Shown piece after piece: positions 39,769 to 52,035 of a stretch of 64,000 nt of DNA (position 1 is its first letter; every line of letters begins with the position of its first letter). The stretch spans positions 2,560,001-2,624,000 of the forward strand of contig OZ241907.1 of the NCBI GenBank assembly GCA_965203515.1, in the 5' to 3' direction. Below the pieces are notes generated by a model that saw only the letters and a list, made by a program, of their open reading frames with translations, ran no database searches and was not told where the DNA came from. Source of the stretch: Spirochaetia bacterium. Its GTDB lineage: Bacteria > Spirochaetota > Spirochaetia > SZUA-6 > Bin103. The translations under genes and the position numbers were made by a program.

Positions 39769-41069
39769 CCGGCCAACCGCAAAGCGTCGACCAGTCCGAC
39801 CGCATCGTTCCGATCAATCTGCGTCAGAGCGGGCGCACCCCCACGGAGCTGCTCATCTCCACCCGCGTGCGCAAGTCGCCCTACTGGCATCTGTCGCACG
39901 CGGCCGGCTGCTGGCGAGCCACGGTCTACAACCGCGTCTACCATCCGCGCGGCTACGTGCGGCCGGAGGACGGGGGCGCCGCCGCCGAGCATGAGGCGCT
40001 GACGCATCACGTCACGCTCTGGAACGTCGCGGTCGAGCGTCAGATCCGCGTCAAGGGACCGGACGCGGAGCGGTTCACCGACTACGTCATCACCCGCAAC
40101 GCCGCACGCATCAAGCCGATGCACGCCAAGTACGTCATCCTCTGCAACGAGCGGGGCGGCATCCTCAACGACCCGGTGTTGCTGCGCCTGGCCGAGGACG
40201 AGTTCTGGTTCTCGCTCGCCGATTCCGACCTGCTCTACTGGCTGCAGGGCGTCAACGTCGGCATGCGCATGGAGGTCGAGATCGACGAGATCGACGTCTG
40301 CCCCGTGCAGATCCAGGGGCCGAAGTCGGAGGCGCTGATGGCCGATCTGGTAGGCGAAGGCATCCGCGACATTCCCTACTACGGCATCATGGAAGCCGTG
40401 ATCGCCGGCTGCGAGGTAGTGATCTCCCAATCGGGGTTCTCGGGCGAGAAGGGCTACGAGATCTATCTGCGCGACGCCACCCTGCACGCGGAGAAGCTGT
40501 GGAACGCGGTGCTGGAGGCGGGCAAGGCGCACCGGCTCATGGTCATCGCGCCGGGCCATCAGCGCCGCATCCAGGCCGGCATCATGTCCTGGGGCCAGGA
40601 CATCGACCACGAGACGGTGCCGTTCCAGTGCAACCTTGCCTATCAGGTGCCGCGCAAGAAGAAGGCCGACTACATCGGCAAGGCGGCGCTGGAGCGCATC
40701 CGCGCACAGGTCGACGCCGGCCGCCCGCCGTTCAAGGTGACGATGGTCGGCATGACCATCGGCGGCCGGCCGATCGACGACTACGCTTCCGACTTCTGGC
40801 TGGTGTCGGACGCCGGCGGCGGCGACCCGATCGGCTACCTGACCTCGCCGTGGTACGCCCCGGAGCTCGGCTGCAACATCGGCCTGGGCTACGTGCCGGT
40901 CGGCCTTTCGGCCATCGGCACCGAGCTCACCGTATGGCTGCCGGACGAGTACGCCGGCGAGCCGGGCAAGCCCGACCCGGCCCAGGTGTGCGAGGTTCCG
41001 TTCCGGCCGTCGGTCAATCCCAGCGCGCGCGAGCTGGCGCACGCCCGCGGCGAGGACGCCGCCGTCTAG
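39765..41069 (+). CDS. GcvT/DmdA-like folate-dependent aminomethyltransferase/demethylase
   Basis: RVRKSPY, LWNVAVERQIRVKGPDA, GGILNDPVLL, QIQGPKS, SQSGFSGEKGYEIY; AGGAGG SD with ATGA overlap. Confidence 0.85.
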   Translation: MTGQPQSVDQSDRIVPINLRQSGRTPTELLISTRVRKSPYWHLSHAAGCWRATVYNRVYHPRGYVRPEDGGAAAEHEALTHHVTLWNVAVERQIRVKGPDAERFTDYVITRNAARIKPMHAKYVILCNERGGILNDPVLLRLAEDEFWFSLADSDLLYWLQGVNVGMRMEVEIDEIDVCPVQIQGPKSEALMADLVGEGIRDIPYYGIMEAVIAGCEVVISQSGFSGEKGYEIYLRDATLHAEKLWNAVLEAGKAHRLMVIAPGHQRRIQAGIMSWGQDIDHETVPFQCNLAYQVPRKKKADYIGKAALERIRAQVDAGRPPFKVTMVGMTIGGRPIDDYASDFWLVSDAGGGDPIGYLTSPWYAPELGCNIGLGYVPVGLSAIGTELTVWLPDEYAGEPGKPDPAQVCEVPFRPSVNPSARELAHARGEDAAV

Positions 41070-41074
41070 CGGCC

Positions 41075-42127
41075 ATGACCAGCTACCAGATCGTCGAGTG
41101 GGGCGCGCCGCTGGCCGTGCACCACTACCCGACGCCGGAGCCGCAGGGAACCGAAGTGCTGCTGCGCGTGACCTGCTGCGGCGTCTGTCACAGCGACCTC
41201 CATATCCGCGCCGGCTACTTCGACATGGGCCACGGGCAGCAGCGCCGCCTGGAGAACGTCGGCGTCGCGCTGCCGCTGACGCTGGGGCACGAACCGGTCG
41301 GCGAAGTGGCGGCCGTGGGACCCGCAGCCGCCGGCGTGGCGGTCGGCGACCGGCGCGTGTGCTGGCCGTGGGTCGGCTGCCGGAGCTGCGCCGTCTGCCG
41401 GCGCGAAGAGGACATCCTGTGCGAGCGCGGCCGCTACCTGGGCGCGCGGGTCGACGGCGGCTACAGCGATTACCTGCTGGTTCCGCACCCGCGGTACCTG
41501 CTCCCCTACGACGGGGTCGAGGAGGCGGTGGCCGCCACCTACGCGTGCGCGGGCATCACGGCGTACGCGGCCCTGAAGCGGGCCGTCGGCGGCCTTACCC
41601 GTGACGACACGCTGCTGTTGGTCGGGGCGGGCGGCCTTGGCACCAGCGGCCTGCGCATCGTGCCGGCCATGACCGAGGCGACGGTCGTCGTGGCCGATAC
41701 CGATCCGGCCAAGCGGGCGCTGGCCGAACGGCTCGGCGCTGCGCGGACGATCGACAACGGCGACCCCGACGCAGCCGCCCGGTTGCGGGAGCGTACCGGC
41801 GGCGTGGCGGCGTCGGTCGACTTCGTCGGCATGCCGCAGACCACCCTGTTCGCGATCGACACGTTGCGCCGCGGCTGCACGCACGTAGTCGTGGGCCTGT
41901 ACGGCGGCGCGCTCGACATGCCGATGCCCAATCTGATCTACAAGCTGCTTTCGCTGCGCGGCTCGCACGTGGGGACCCCGCAGGACCTCGCCGAGCTGAT
42001 CGCGCTGCGCCGCGCCGGCCGGATCGAGCCGCCGCCGATCGCCGAGCGGCCGCTCGGCGAGGTCAACGACGTGCTTGCCGAGCTCACCGAAGGCCGGATC
42101 GAAGGCCGGGTGGTGCTGCGGCCGTAG
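41075..42127 (+). CDS. Zinc-dependent alcohol dehydrogenase (MDR family)
   Basis: CGVCHSD, GHE, CxxCxxCx7C structural Zn, GAGGLG, GRVVL. Confidence 0.92.
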   Translation: MTSYQIVEWGAPLAVHHYPTPEPQGTEVLLRVTCCGVCHSDLHIRAGYFDMGHGQQRRLENVGVALPLTLGHEPVGEVAAVGPAAAGVAVGDRRVCWPWVGCRSCAVCRREEDILCERGRYLGARVDGGYSDYLLVPHPRYLLPYDGVEEAVAATYACAGITAYAALKRAVGGLTRDDTLLLVGAGGLGTSGLRIVPAMTEATVVVADTDPAKRALAERLGAARTIDNGDPDAAARLRERTGGVAASVDFVGMPQTTLFAIDTLRRGCTHVVVGLYGGALDMPMPNLIYKLLSLRGSHVGTPQDLAELIALRRAGRIEPPPIAERPLGEVNDVLAELTEGRIEGRVVLRP

Positions 42128-42160
42128 CGCGCGATCCCCGTCCGTTGCTAAGGTTGCGCC

Positions 42161-42964
42161 ATGACGCTCAAGCAGATGCGGCAGCGCATGTACGTGGACG
42201 GCTGGTGCGTGATCGAGGACGTGATCCCGCCGGCCGAGATCGGCGCCGTGCGCGACAGCGTGCTGCGCACCGTAGACGCCTACAAGCACCTGCGCCGGAA
42301 CGCCCCAAAGAAGATCGGCGCGGTCTCCGGGATGATCGCCTACGACCAGTCGTTCGCGCCCTATCTGGCCGAGTCGCGCCTGCTGGGGCTGGCCGAGTCG
42401 CTGCTCGGCCCCGACCTGCGCATCTCGTACAACACCAGCATCGTCAACTACCCCGGCAACGAGCGCTCCACCTGGCACGCCGACTGGCCGTTCAATCAGC
42501 ACAACGCCGGCCACATCCGCGCCCCCTACCCGGACGCGGTCTGCCATCTGACGACGCTGTGGATGCTCACCGAGTTCACCGAGGAGAACGGCGGCACGCT
42601 GATCGTCAGCGGCAGCCACCGCTCCAACGACAACCCGACCGGCGGAGTCGAGGCGCCGCGGTTCGAGCCGTACCCGACGGAGATGTGCGTGACCGGACGG
42701 GCCGGCTCCGTGGCGGTCTGCGACAGCCGGCTGTGGCACGCCGCCGGCGCCAATCGATCGACCGCGCCGCGCGTCGGGCTGGCGGTACGCTACGCCCCGT
42801 GGTGGCTGAACCTGGAGGGGCTGCGGCCCGGTTCGCCGGACCGCCGGCGGATCGTGGACGCCAACCCCGGCTTGACGGAGAACGAGGTGCCGCCGGTACC
42901 CCGCGACGTCTTCCGGCGTCTGCCGGACGCCGTGCGGCCGCTGTTCCAGCACTGGGTGGCATGA
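42161..42964 (+). CDS. Phytanoyl-CoA dioxygenase (PhyH) family protein
   Basis: DGWCVIEDV, WHADW, TEENGGTLIVSGSH, AGSV...LWHAAGAN. Confidence 0.88.
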   Translation: MTLKQMRQRMYVDGWCVIEDVIPPAEIGAVRDSVLRTVDAYKHLRRNAPKKIGAVSGMIAYDQSFAPYLAESRLLGLAESLLGPDLRISYNTSIVNYPGNERSTWHADWPFNQHNAGHIRAPYPDAVCHLTTLWMLTEFTEENGGTLIVSGSHRSNDNPTGGVEAPRFEPYPTEMCVTGRAGSVAVCDSRLWHAAGANRSTAPRVGLAVRYAPWWLNLEGLRPGSPDRRRIVDANPGLTENEVPPVPRDVFRRLPDAVRPLFQHWVA

Positions 42965-43728
42965 CGGCCGGCCGCATGACGGCGGCGGAGCAGGCCGCGC
43001 TGAAGGCCGACTTCCGCCGCGACGGCTACGCGGTGGCGCGCGGGTTCTTGAGCGAGGCGGCGGTGGCGGACGTCAACCGGCACATCGACGCCCTCATCGA
43101 CCGGCTGCCCGACCTGGATGAGCGCACGGCGTTCCACGAGGTTCCCGGCGATCCCGAAACGATCATGCGCCTGCAGAACTTCGGCCGGTACGACCGGGAC
43201 CTGCAGGCGCTCTATGAGAGCGAGCGGCTGGTCGGGCTGGCCGCCGATCTGCTCGATGACGCGGCGGTGCCGACGGTGCTCCAGTGGTTCGCCAAGCCGC
43301 CGCGCGTCGGCAAGGTGACGCCGCCGCACCAGGACGGCTTCTACTTCAAGTTGGAGCCGAGCGAGGCGCTCACCTTCTGGATCGCGCTGGACGCGGTGGA
43401 TCGGGAGAACGGCTGCATCCGCTACCTGCCCGGCTCTCACCTGCGCGGCTACCGCCCGCACGCCATGTCCAACGTGATGGGCTTCTCCCGCGGCGTCACC
43501 GACTACGGCAGCGCCGATCTGGCCGCCGAGCACGCGATCGTCGCCGCCCCGGGCGACCTGATCATCCACCACTGCATGATCGTGCACCGCGCCGACCCCA
43601 ACCCGAGCGATCGGTGGCGGCGCGCCCTCGGGCTGGTCTATTACGCGGGCCGCGCGCGGGTCACCGAGCGGTCCGAGGCGTACGTCGAGGAACTGGTCAG
43701 GAAGTGGGTGGCCGAGGGCCGCGCTTAG
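42961..43728 (+). CDS. Phytanoyl-CoA dioxygenase (PhyH) family protein
   Basis: FRRDGY, TPPHQDG, WIALDAVDRENGCIRYLPGSH, PGDLIIHHCMIVHRADPN; ATGA overlap. Confidence 0.9.
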   Translation: MTAGRMTAAEQAALKADFRRDGYAVARGFLSEAAVADVNRHIDALIDRLPDLDERTAFHEVPGDPETIMRLQNFGRYDRDLQALYESERLVGLAADLLDDAAVPTVLQWFAKPPRVGKVTPPHQDGFYFKLEPSEALTFWIALDAVDRENGCIRYLPGSHLRGYRPHAMSNVMGFSRGVTDYGSADLAAEHAIVAAPGDLIIHHCMIVHRADPNPSDRWRRALGLVYYAGRARVTERSEAYVEELVRKWVAEGRA

Positions 43729-43739
43729 GCGAGGTGGGC

Positions 43740-43783
43740 GTGGCGCAAGAATGGCGCAAGAATGGCGCAAGAATGGCGCAAGA
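43740..43783. repeat. 11-bp tandem repeat (A/G)TGGCGCAAGA x4
   Basis: Read directly between the convergent PhyH and Fic stops. Confidence 0.95.
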
Positions 43784-44829
43784 TCATGCGTCCGTATCGC
43801 TCAGGCGATATTCCTGACGGCTGGTGCTGCCGGAGCGCAGCAACAGCCCGCGCTCGACCAGGACCTTGAGGTCGCGCTGCAGCGTCCGGCGCGCCGTACC
43901 CGAGCACAGCGCTTCCACGTCGGAGATCGTGATACGCCCGCGGTCGAGCGCGTGCCCGAGGATCAGCGCCTGTCGCGCGGTCAGACTGCGCTGCCTGACG
44001 AGCAGGTCCTGCCGGATCGCCTGCTCGCCGCGTCGCTTGACCTCGGCGAGCTGCGTGGCGAGCCCTTCGGCGTAGAACGCGACCCAACCGGTCATGTCCA
44101 TGTTCGCCTGCCGTACGCCCTGCAGAGCTCGGTAGAATGAGGTCCGATCCCGGTCGTAGTACTCGCTGATCGTGAAGAGCCGCTTGAAGTCATAGCCCGC
44201 TCGATAGAGACAGAGCATCGACAGGAGCCGGGAGGTCCGCCCGTTGCCGTCCAGAAACGGGTGGATGTGGACCAGTTGGAACTGGGCGATCGCGCTGACG
44301 ATGACCGGATGGACGTCGCGCGGATGGTTCAGCCAGTCTGTCAGGTCGCGCATGAGCATCGGCACGTCTCCGGCCGGCGGAGGGGTATGTATGGTCTCTC
44401 CGGTCGCCGCATTCACGACGTAGTTCTGCACGCGCCGATACGATCCCGGACCGGCCGCGCCGCCGCGCACGCCCTCCACCAGCCGGCGGTGGATGTCGCG
44501 GATGATCCGCTCCGTAATCGGAGTCTCCCGGTCGAGGTAGTCGCTGACGGACGCGAACGCCCGCCGGTAGTTGAGCAGCTCGCGCGCGTCGTCGGGGTCC
44601 GCGGACGGGAGCTCGGCGCCCGCAAGGAGGCGGGCTGCGTCTCGAGCGTCAGGCGGGTGCCTTCGATGTGCGTCGTGTGGTGGGCTTCGAGCAGGAGCGC
44701 GCGCGAGCGCATCACGGCGATCCAGCGCTCGGACAAGGTGGCGGCTTCCAGGAAGCCGCGCGCCCGTTCGATGCGGGTCAGCGACGCGGCGATAGCGTTG
44801 GTGATGGAGAAGCGCGGGGCGAAGCTCAT
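43784..44829 (-). pseudogene. Fic family protein with C-terminal wHTH, split by a 1-bp frameshift at about 44640
   Basis: N-terminal frame ...[14 protein letters not shown] continues in another frame as DAARLLAG...[21 protein letters not shown]ic motif and RRTLQRDL wHTH are intact. Confidence 0.85.
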
Positions 44830-44921
44830 GTCCGTCGCCGCAGGATTGGCGGGCGGGCTCCGGGTGAACGCCCGAATCGTCGGGCCGGCCGCCCGGAGCC
44901 CCGGAGTACGGCGGGAGACTC

Positions 44922-45503
44922 CTACTGCCGGATGAACTCGGCGTCGATCTCGATGCGGACCTCCGCGCCGACGATCAGGCCGCCGTTGTCGAGCCGGTTG
45001 TCCCAGGAGACGCCGAAATCGTGACGGTCGATCTCGGCGCGGCCCTCCACGCCCACGACGACCGCCCCGCCCGGACCGGCGGCCGGACCGACGATGGTGA
45101 CCGGCATCTCGATCGACCTGGTGGTGCCGCGAATCGTGAGGTCGCCGATCACGACCAGGCCGTCCTCGCCCATCGTCAGGCCGGTGCTGTTGAAGGTGAT
45201 CGTCGGATGGTTCGCCGCGTCCAGGAAGTCGGCGCTGCGCAGGTGGCCGTCGCGCCGGTCGTTGTTGGTGTCGATGCTGGCCGCCTGGATCGTGGCGGTC
45301 AGCGCGAACGAGTCCATGTCCTCCGGATCGTAGGTAAAGGAGGCGTCGAACTCGTTGAACGAGCCGGTGGTCTTGGAGATCACCAGATGCGACACCCGGA
45401 AGCCGACGTTGGTGTGGGCCGTGTCCACCTTGAATTCGGCGGCAAGAGCGCCATGCGCGAGCACGAACAGCGCCGCCGCGGCGAACGGAAGTTTGCGAAT
45501 CAT
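44922..45503 (-). CDS. YceI family periplasmic protein
   Basis: Signal peptide, [47 protein letters not shown]. Confidence 0.93.
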   Translation of the reverse strand: MIRKLPFAAAALFVLAHGALAAEFKVDTAHTNVGFRVSHLVISKTTGSFNEFDASFTYDPEDMDSFALTATIQAASIDTNNDRRDGHLRSADFLDAANHPTITFNSTGLTMGEDGLVVIGDLTIRGTTRSIEMPVTIVGPAAGPGGAVVVGVEGRAEIDRHDFGVSWDNRLDNGGLIVGAEVRIEIDAEFIRQ

Positions 45504-45594
45504 GGTCGAATATCCTCGCAGAACGTGAGATTGCGCGTCTTCGAGCGCGGTGGGAAATATACGTAGGCGCGCTTCCGCTGTCGAGTGCGGCGGG

Positions 45595-46512
45595 TCAGTG
45601 GTAGTAGGGCTCGCGCAGCAGCGCCGCCTTGATCGGGTCGGCCGCCGCCCGCTCGCGCAGCGCCGCGGAGGGGGTGCAGTGCGGCCAGTCGAGCATGTAG
45701 GACGGCCCGTACTGGTAGAGCAGCCAGCGCTTGTCGGCCGCTCGCGGGGCGGTCAAGGCATGCGAAAGCGCCTCCGTGTAGAGCAGCGCTTCGCCGGCGG
45801 CTAGCGGCAGCGGGCGCAGCGCCGGCAGGTCGTCGGCCAGCCGGTCGGCGTACGGGTGGGGAAAGTTGGCCTTGTGGCTTGCCGGTATCACGCCGAAGGC
45901 GCCGTCGCCGGGAGCCGTGTCGTCCAGGGCGATCAGCACCGACACCAGCAGACAACGGAACTCGCCCTCCACGAATGCCCGGTAGCGCCCGAAGCGGCGC
46001 GGGTCGGCGCGCCCCCCCTGCGTCACGCGGCTGCTCACCCCGGCCCGGCGCACCAGCGCGCGCGAGGAGATCAGCCGCACCTGCTCGCCCCAGATCAGCT
46101 CCACCATGCGGGCGTGCAGGTCCGCCCGCGCGAACACCTCCTCGAACGCGCCGCCGAGCTCCACGACGTTGCGCAGCTCCTGCTCCAGCCCATTCCCCAC
46201 CGCGGTGACGCCGTCCGGCAGTGCGTCCGGCTCCGCGAGCGTCCGTCGCGCCGCGGCCGCCTGGGACCGGTCGAGCAGGGCGCCGAGCGGCAGGAAGCCG
46301 GTGATGTCGAAGCGGAAGCGCTCGGCCTCCGCAAGCCGCCGCTGGCCGGTGCCGGTCTGCAGCGCCGAGGTGTTGCTGGCGGTGCGGCGCGGCGACGGAG
46401 CGGGCTCGGACGCTCCGGGCGCCGCCGAATCGGGCGCCGCCGGTTCGCCGGGCGCGGCGTCGATGTCGTACGCGCGCGGCGGCGGCTCCCGCCGCGGGTC
46501 CGCGCCGTTCAC
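45595..46512 (-). CDS. PhyH-family protein, first metal-binding His apparently missing
   Basis: [46 protein letters not shown]; has VTQGG where LHxG is expected. GTGA overlap start. Confidence 0.7.
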   Translation of the reverse strand: MNGADPRREPPPRAYDIDAAPGEPAAPDSAAPGASEPAPSPRRTASNTSALQTGTGQRRLAEAERFRFDITGFLPLGALLDRSQAAAARRTLAEPDALPDGVTAVGNGLEQELRNVVELGGAFEEVFARADLHARMVELIWGEQVRLISSRALVRRAGVSSRVTQGGRADPRRFGRYRAFVEGEFRCLLVSVLIALDDTAPGDGAFGVIPASHKANFPHPYADRLADDLPALRPLPLAAGEALLYTEALSHALTAPRAADKRWLLYQYGPSYMLDWPHCTPSAALRERAAADPIKAALLREPYYH

Positions 46513-47321
46513 GAGACCCGTACCGTATCCACGCTGAAGGTGGTCCGGGCGCCGAACGGGTCCGGACCGCGGATCAGCTCGCGCTGGCGCGGGGTGGCCC
46601 GATCCTGGAATCCGGGCGCGGTCACCGTCTGGTCGTACCAGGCGGAGTGGAACGCCGGCGCGTAGGAGACGAAGATCGTGCGGCGCACCCGGTCGCTGCG
46701 GTTCACCAGCGCGCCGTGGGTGAGGTCCTCGGAGAACAGCACCGCGTCGCCCGCCCGCACCGGGATCGGCTGCACCAGCGGATCGTCGGCCTGCGGCAGC
46801 TCCAGGATGCCGGGGACGGCATAGTTGCTCTTGTGGCTCCCCGGTATTACCGCGAACGGCCCGTCGCCGGGACCCACGTCGGTAAGGGCGTAGCCGATCT
46901 TGACGCTCACGCACTCGAACCGGTCGCGGTTGAGCGCGTACTCGCTGTAGGCCAGCAGCTCCGCGTAGCCGTGATGCAGCACGCTGCCGCGGCCCGAGGT
47001 ACGCGCCATGAAGTGCATGGCGTCCAGGCGCAGCGGACCGCCGATCATCTCCTCCACCAGCGGTACCGTGGCCGGAACGTCGATCAGGGACTCGAATACG
47101 CCGCCGTACGGCAACAGGACGCAGGAGTACTCCAGACGGCCGTATCGGTCGCGGTCGCCGCGCGTCTGGCGGACCGCGCCGGCCGCATCGGCCTGCGCCG
47201 TGCTCATCGCGTCGAGCAGGTCGAGCTCGGCGTTGAGGCGCCGGACCAGTTCGTCCGGCAGCGCTCCGCGCACGGTCAGATAGCCGTTGAGATCGAACAG
47301 ATAGCGCTGCTCCTCAGTCAT
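46509..47321 (-). CDS. PhyH-family dioxygenase
   Basis: [56 protein letters not shown]. Confidence 0.85.
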   Translation of the reverse strand: MTEEQRYLFDLNGYLTVRGALPDELVRRLNAELDLLDAMSTAQADAAGAVRQTRGDRDRYGRLEYSCVLLPYGGVFESLIDVPATVPLVEEMIGGPLRLDAMHFMARTSGRGSVLHHGYAELLAYSEYALNRDRFECVSVKIGYALTDVGPGDGPFAVIPGSHKSNYAVPGILELPQADDPLVQPIPVRAGDAVLFSEDLTHGALVNRSDRVRRTIFVSYAPAFHSAWYDQTVTAPGFQDRATPRQRELIRGPDPFGARTTFSVDTVRVS

Positions 47322-47369
47322 GCCGGTACCGTAGCACGGCGAAGTCGGGTTACCGTCGCCGGCGAAGCC

Positions 47370-48461
47370 ATGCAGGTCGTGGACCCGGCGCTGAGCGCCC
47401 GCCTGAACGAAGCCGCCGCCCGTTACGGCGCGTTGGAGCGTCTGGTCGCCGACCCGGCCCAGGCCCGGGACCAGCGCGCCTATCGGGAACTGATGCAGGA
47501 GTACGCGCAGCTTGCCGCCCTGGTGCGGGAGAGCGATCGCATCCGCACCCTGACCGTGCAGATCGACGAGGCGAACGAGCTGGCCGCCGCCGAGGAGGAC
47601 CAGGCGATGCGGGAGCTGGCCGACGAGGAGGTCCGCATGCTCCGGCGGACCCTTGCCGAGTCGGTCGATCGCGTCGGCGAGCTGCTGGTGCCGCGCGACC
47701 CGAACGCGTCCCGCAACATCATCATGGAGATCCGCGCCGGCACCGGCGGCGATGAGGCAGCGCTCTTCACCGCCGATCTGTACCGCATGTACAGCCGCTA
47801 CGCCGACGCCAAGCGCTGGAACGTGGAGATGATCTCGTCCAGCCCGACCGAGATCGGCGGGTTTCGCGAACTGTCGTTCTCGGTCGCCGGCGCCGACGTC
47901 TTCGACCACCTGCGCTGGGAAAGCGGCGTGCACCGCGTGCAGCGCGTGCCGGTGACCGAGTCCCAGGGCCGCATCCACACCTCGGCGGTGACCGTCGCGG
48001 TGCTGCCCGAGGCGCAGGAGACCGAGGTGGCGCTCCGCCCGGAGGAGGTCCGCATCGACGTCTACCGCTCGTCCGGGCCGGGCGGGCAGAGCGTCAACAC
48101 CACCGACTCCGCGGTGCGCCTGACCCACCTGCCGACCGGCCTGGTGGTCACCTGTCAGGACGAGAAGTCCCAGCACAAGAACCGCGCGAAGGCGCTGCGG
48201 GTGCTGCGGGCGCGTCTCTACGAGGCCGAGGAGGCGAAGCGCGCGGCCGAGCGCGCCGAGCACCGGCGCGCGCAGATCGGATCGGGCGACCGCTCGGAGC
48301 GCATCCGCACCTACAACGTGCCGCAGAATCGCGTCACCGACCACCGCATCAACCTGACGCTGTATCGGCTGGAGGCGGTATTGCTGGGCGAGATGGAAGA
48401 GGTGATCGCCGCGCTGCGCGCCCACGCCCGGCAGGCGGCGTTGCGGGAGGTGTTGGCGTGA
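47370..48461 (+). CDS. prfA: Peptide chain release factor 1
   Basis: [25 protein letters not shown] (PxT), [19 protein letters not shown]. Confidence 0.97.
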   Translation: MQVVDPALSARLNEAAARYGALERLVADPAQARDQRAYRELMQEYAQLAALVRESDRIRTLTVQIDEANELAAAEEDQAMRELADEEVRMLRRTLAESVDRVGELLVPRDPNASRNIIMEIRAGTGGDEAALFTADLYRMYSRYADAKRWNVEMISSSPTEIGGFRELSFSVAGADVFDHLRWESGVHRVQRVPVTESQGRIHTSAVTVAVLPEAQETEVALRPEEVRIDVYRSSGPGGQSVNTTDSAVRLTHLPTGLVVTCQDEKSQHKNRAKALRVLRARLYEAEEAKRAAERAEHRRAQIGSGDRSERIRTYNVPQNRVTDHRINLTLYRLEAVLLGEMEEVIAALRAHARQAALREVLA

Positions 48462-49300
48462 CGGTAGCCGGCGCGTTCCGTACCGGGGTCGCCGCGCTGG
48501 CCGGCGCGCCCACCGACACGCCGGCCCTGGATGCGGCGGTGCTGCTGGCCGACGCGCTGGGCGTGAGCAAGGAGCGCCTGTTCGCGCGGATGGCCGAGCC
48601 GGTCGGCGCGCGCGGCGCTGCCAGCTTCCGGCGCGCGCTCGACCTGCGGCGCCGGGCGGTGCCGGTCGCCTACATCCGCGGCGCCAAGGAGTTCTACGGC
48701 CACACCTTCAGCGTCGATCGGCGCGTGCTGATCCCGCGTCCCGACACCGAATGCCTGGTGGCGGCCGCGCTGGAGGTGATCGCCGCCGATCCGACCGTCC
48801 GGCGGGTGCATGACGTGGGCACCGGGTCCGGCTGCATCGCCATCGCCCTGCAGGCCGCGCGCCCGGCGCTGGCGGTCTCGGTCTCCGACCGCGACGCCGG
48901 CTGCCTGGAGGTGTGCCGCGTCAACCAGCGGCGGCTGCTCGGCCGGGAGCGCCTGAGCGCGCGGACAGCCGACCTGCTGGCCGGCATTCCCGGACCGTTC
49001 GACCTGATCGTGGCCAATCCGCCCTACCTGGACGCCGCCGCCTGCGCGCGCCTGGCCGGCCGCGGCTGGCCGGAGCCGGTGGGTGCGCTGCGCGGCGGCC
49101 GCAGCGGCGCCGAGGTGACGCTCCGGCTGATCGCGCAGGCGGGCGGCCGGCTGCGGCCCGGCGGGTACCTGTTGCTGGAGACCGCCGTCGAGCACGTCGC
49201 CACGCTGCAAGCGGCGCTTGCCGCCACCGGGTTCGCGGACCCGGTCGTGCACCGCGACCTGGCCGGCCGGCCGCGGGTACTGGGCGCCCGGTGGCGCTGA
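48458..49300 (+). CDS. prmC: Release factor glutamine methyltransferase
   Basis: [24 protein letters not shown]; directly downstream of prfA. Confidence 0.94.
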   Translation: MTVAGAFRTGVAALAGAPTDTPALDAAVLLADALGVSKERLFARMAEPVGARGAASFRRALDLRRRAVPVAYIRGAKEFYGHTFSVDRRVLIPRPDTECLVAAALEVIAADPTVRRVHDVGTGSGCIAIALQAARPALAVSVSDRDAGCLEVCRVNQRRLLGRERLSARTADLLAGIPGPFDLIVANPPYLDAAACARLAGRGWPEPVGALRGGRSGAEVTLRLIAQAGGRLRPGGYLLLETAVEHVATLQAALAATGFADPVVHRDLAGRPRVLGARWR

Positions 49301-49310
49301 GGGGCGCCCG

Positions 49311-49321
<11 letters not shown>
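49282..49321. repeat. Perfect 20-bp tandem duplication at the prmC/rel junction
   Basis: gggcgcccggtggcgctgag at 49282-49301 and 49302-49321. Confidence 0.9.
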
Positions 49322-51371
<2,050 letters not shown>

Positions 51372-51384
51372 CGCGCGTGGAGGC

Positions 51385-52035
51385 GTGACCGACCGCCTGC
51401 GCGTCTACCGGCTGCTGTTCGAGCAGCACGGCCCGCAGGGCTGGTGGCCGAGCGAATCGCCGTTCGAGACGATGGTCGGCGCCGTGTTGACCCAGCGCAC
51501 GGCCTGGGCCAACGCCGCGCGGGCGATCGACCGCCTGCGCGCCGCGCGGCTGCTGGCGCCGCAGCCGATGCGCGCGGAGCCGGTCGAGTCGCTGGCCGCG
51601 CACATCCGCGCGAGCGGGTTCTTCCGCGCCAAGGCGCGCAAGCTGCACGCGCTCTGCGGCTTCCTGGGCCGCTACGGCGATGACGTGGCGCGCTTGCGCG
51701 CGGCCGGCGCCGCGCGGCTGCGCGCCGAGCTGCTGGCCGTGCACGGCATCGGCCCGGAGACCGCGGACGCGATCATGCTGTATGCGGTGGGCGTACCGAC
51801 CTTCGTGGTCGACGCCTATGCCCGGCGCATCTTCTCCCGGCTCGGCGAACCGTCGGCCGGCGCCGGCTACGCCCGCTTCCAGGCGTGGCTGCTGGCCGGA
51901 CTGCCGGCCGATGCCGGGCTGCTCGGCGAGTATCACGCCCTGCTGGTCCGCCACGCCCGCGACGTGTGCGCGGCGCGGCGGCCCCGCTGCGACCGTTGCG
52001 CGCTGCGCGGGCGCTGTGCGTTCGCTATTCGCTAG
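51385..52035 (+). CDS. Endonuclease III-like HhH-GPD glycosylase with 4Fe-4S motif
   Basis: GPQGWWP, GAVLTQRTAW, LLAVHGIGPETAD, VVDAY, CX6CX2CX5C. Confidence 0.88.
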   Translation: MTDRLRVYRLLFEQHGPQGWWPSESPFETMVGAVLTQRTAWANAARAIDRLRAARLLAPQPMRAEPVESLAAHIRASGFFRAKARKLHALCGFLGRYGDDVARLRAAGAARLRAELLAVHGIGPETADAIMLYAVGVPTFVVDAYARRIFSRLGEPSAGAGYARFQAWLLAGLPADAGLLGEYHALLVRHARDVCAARRPRCDRCALRGRCAFAIR

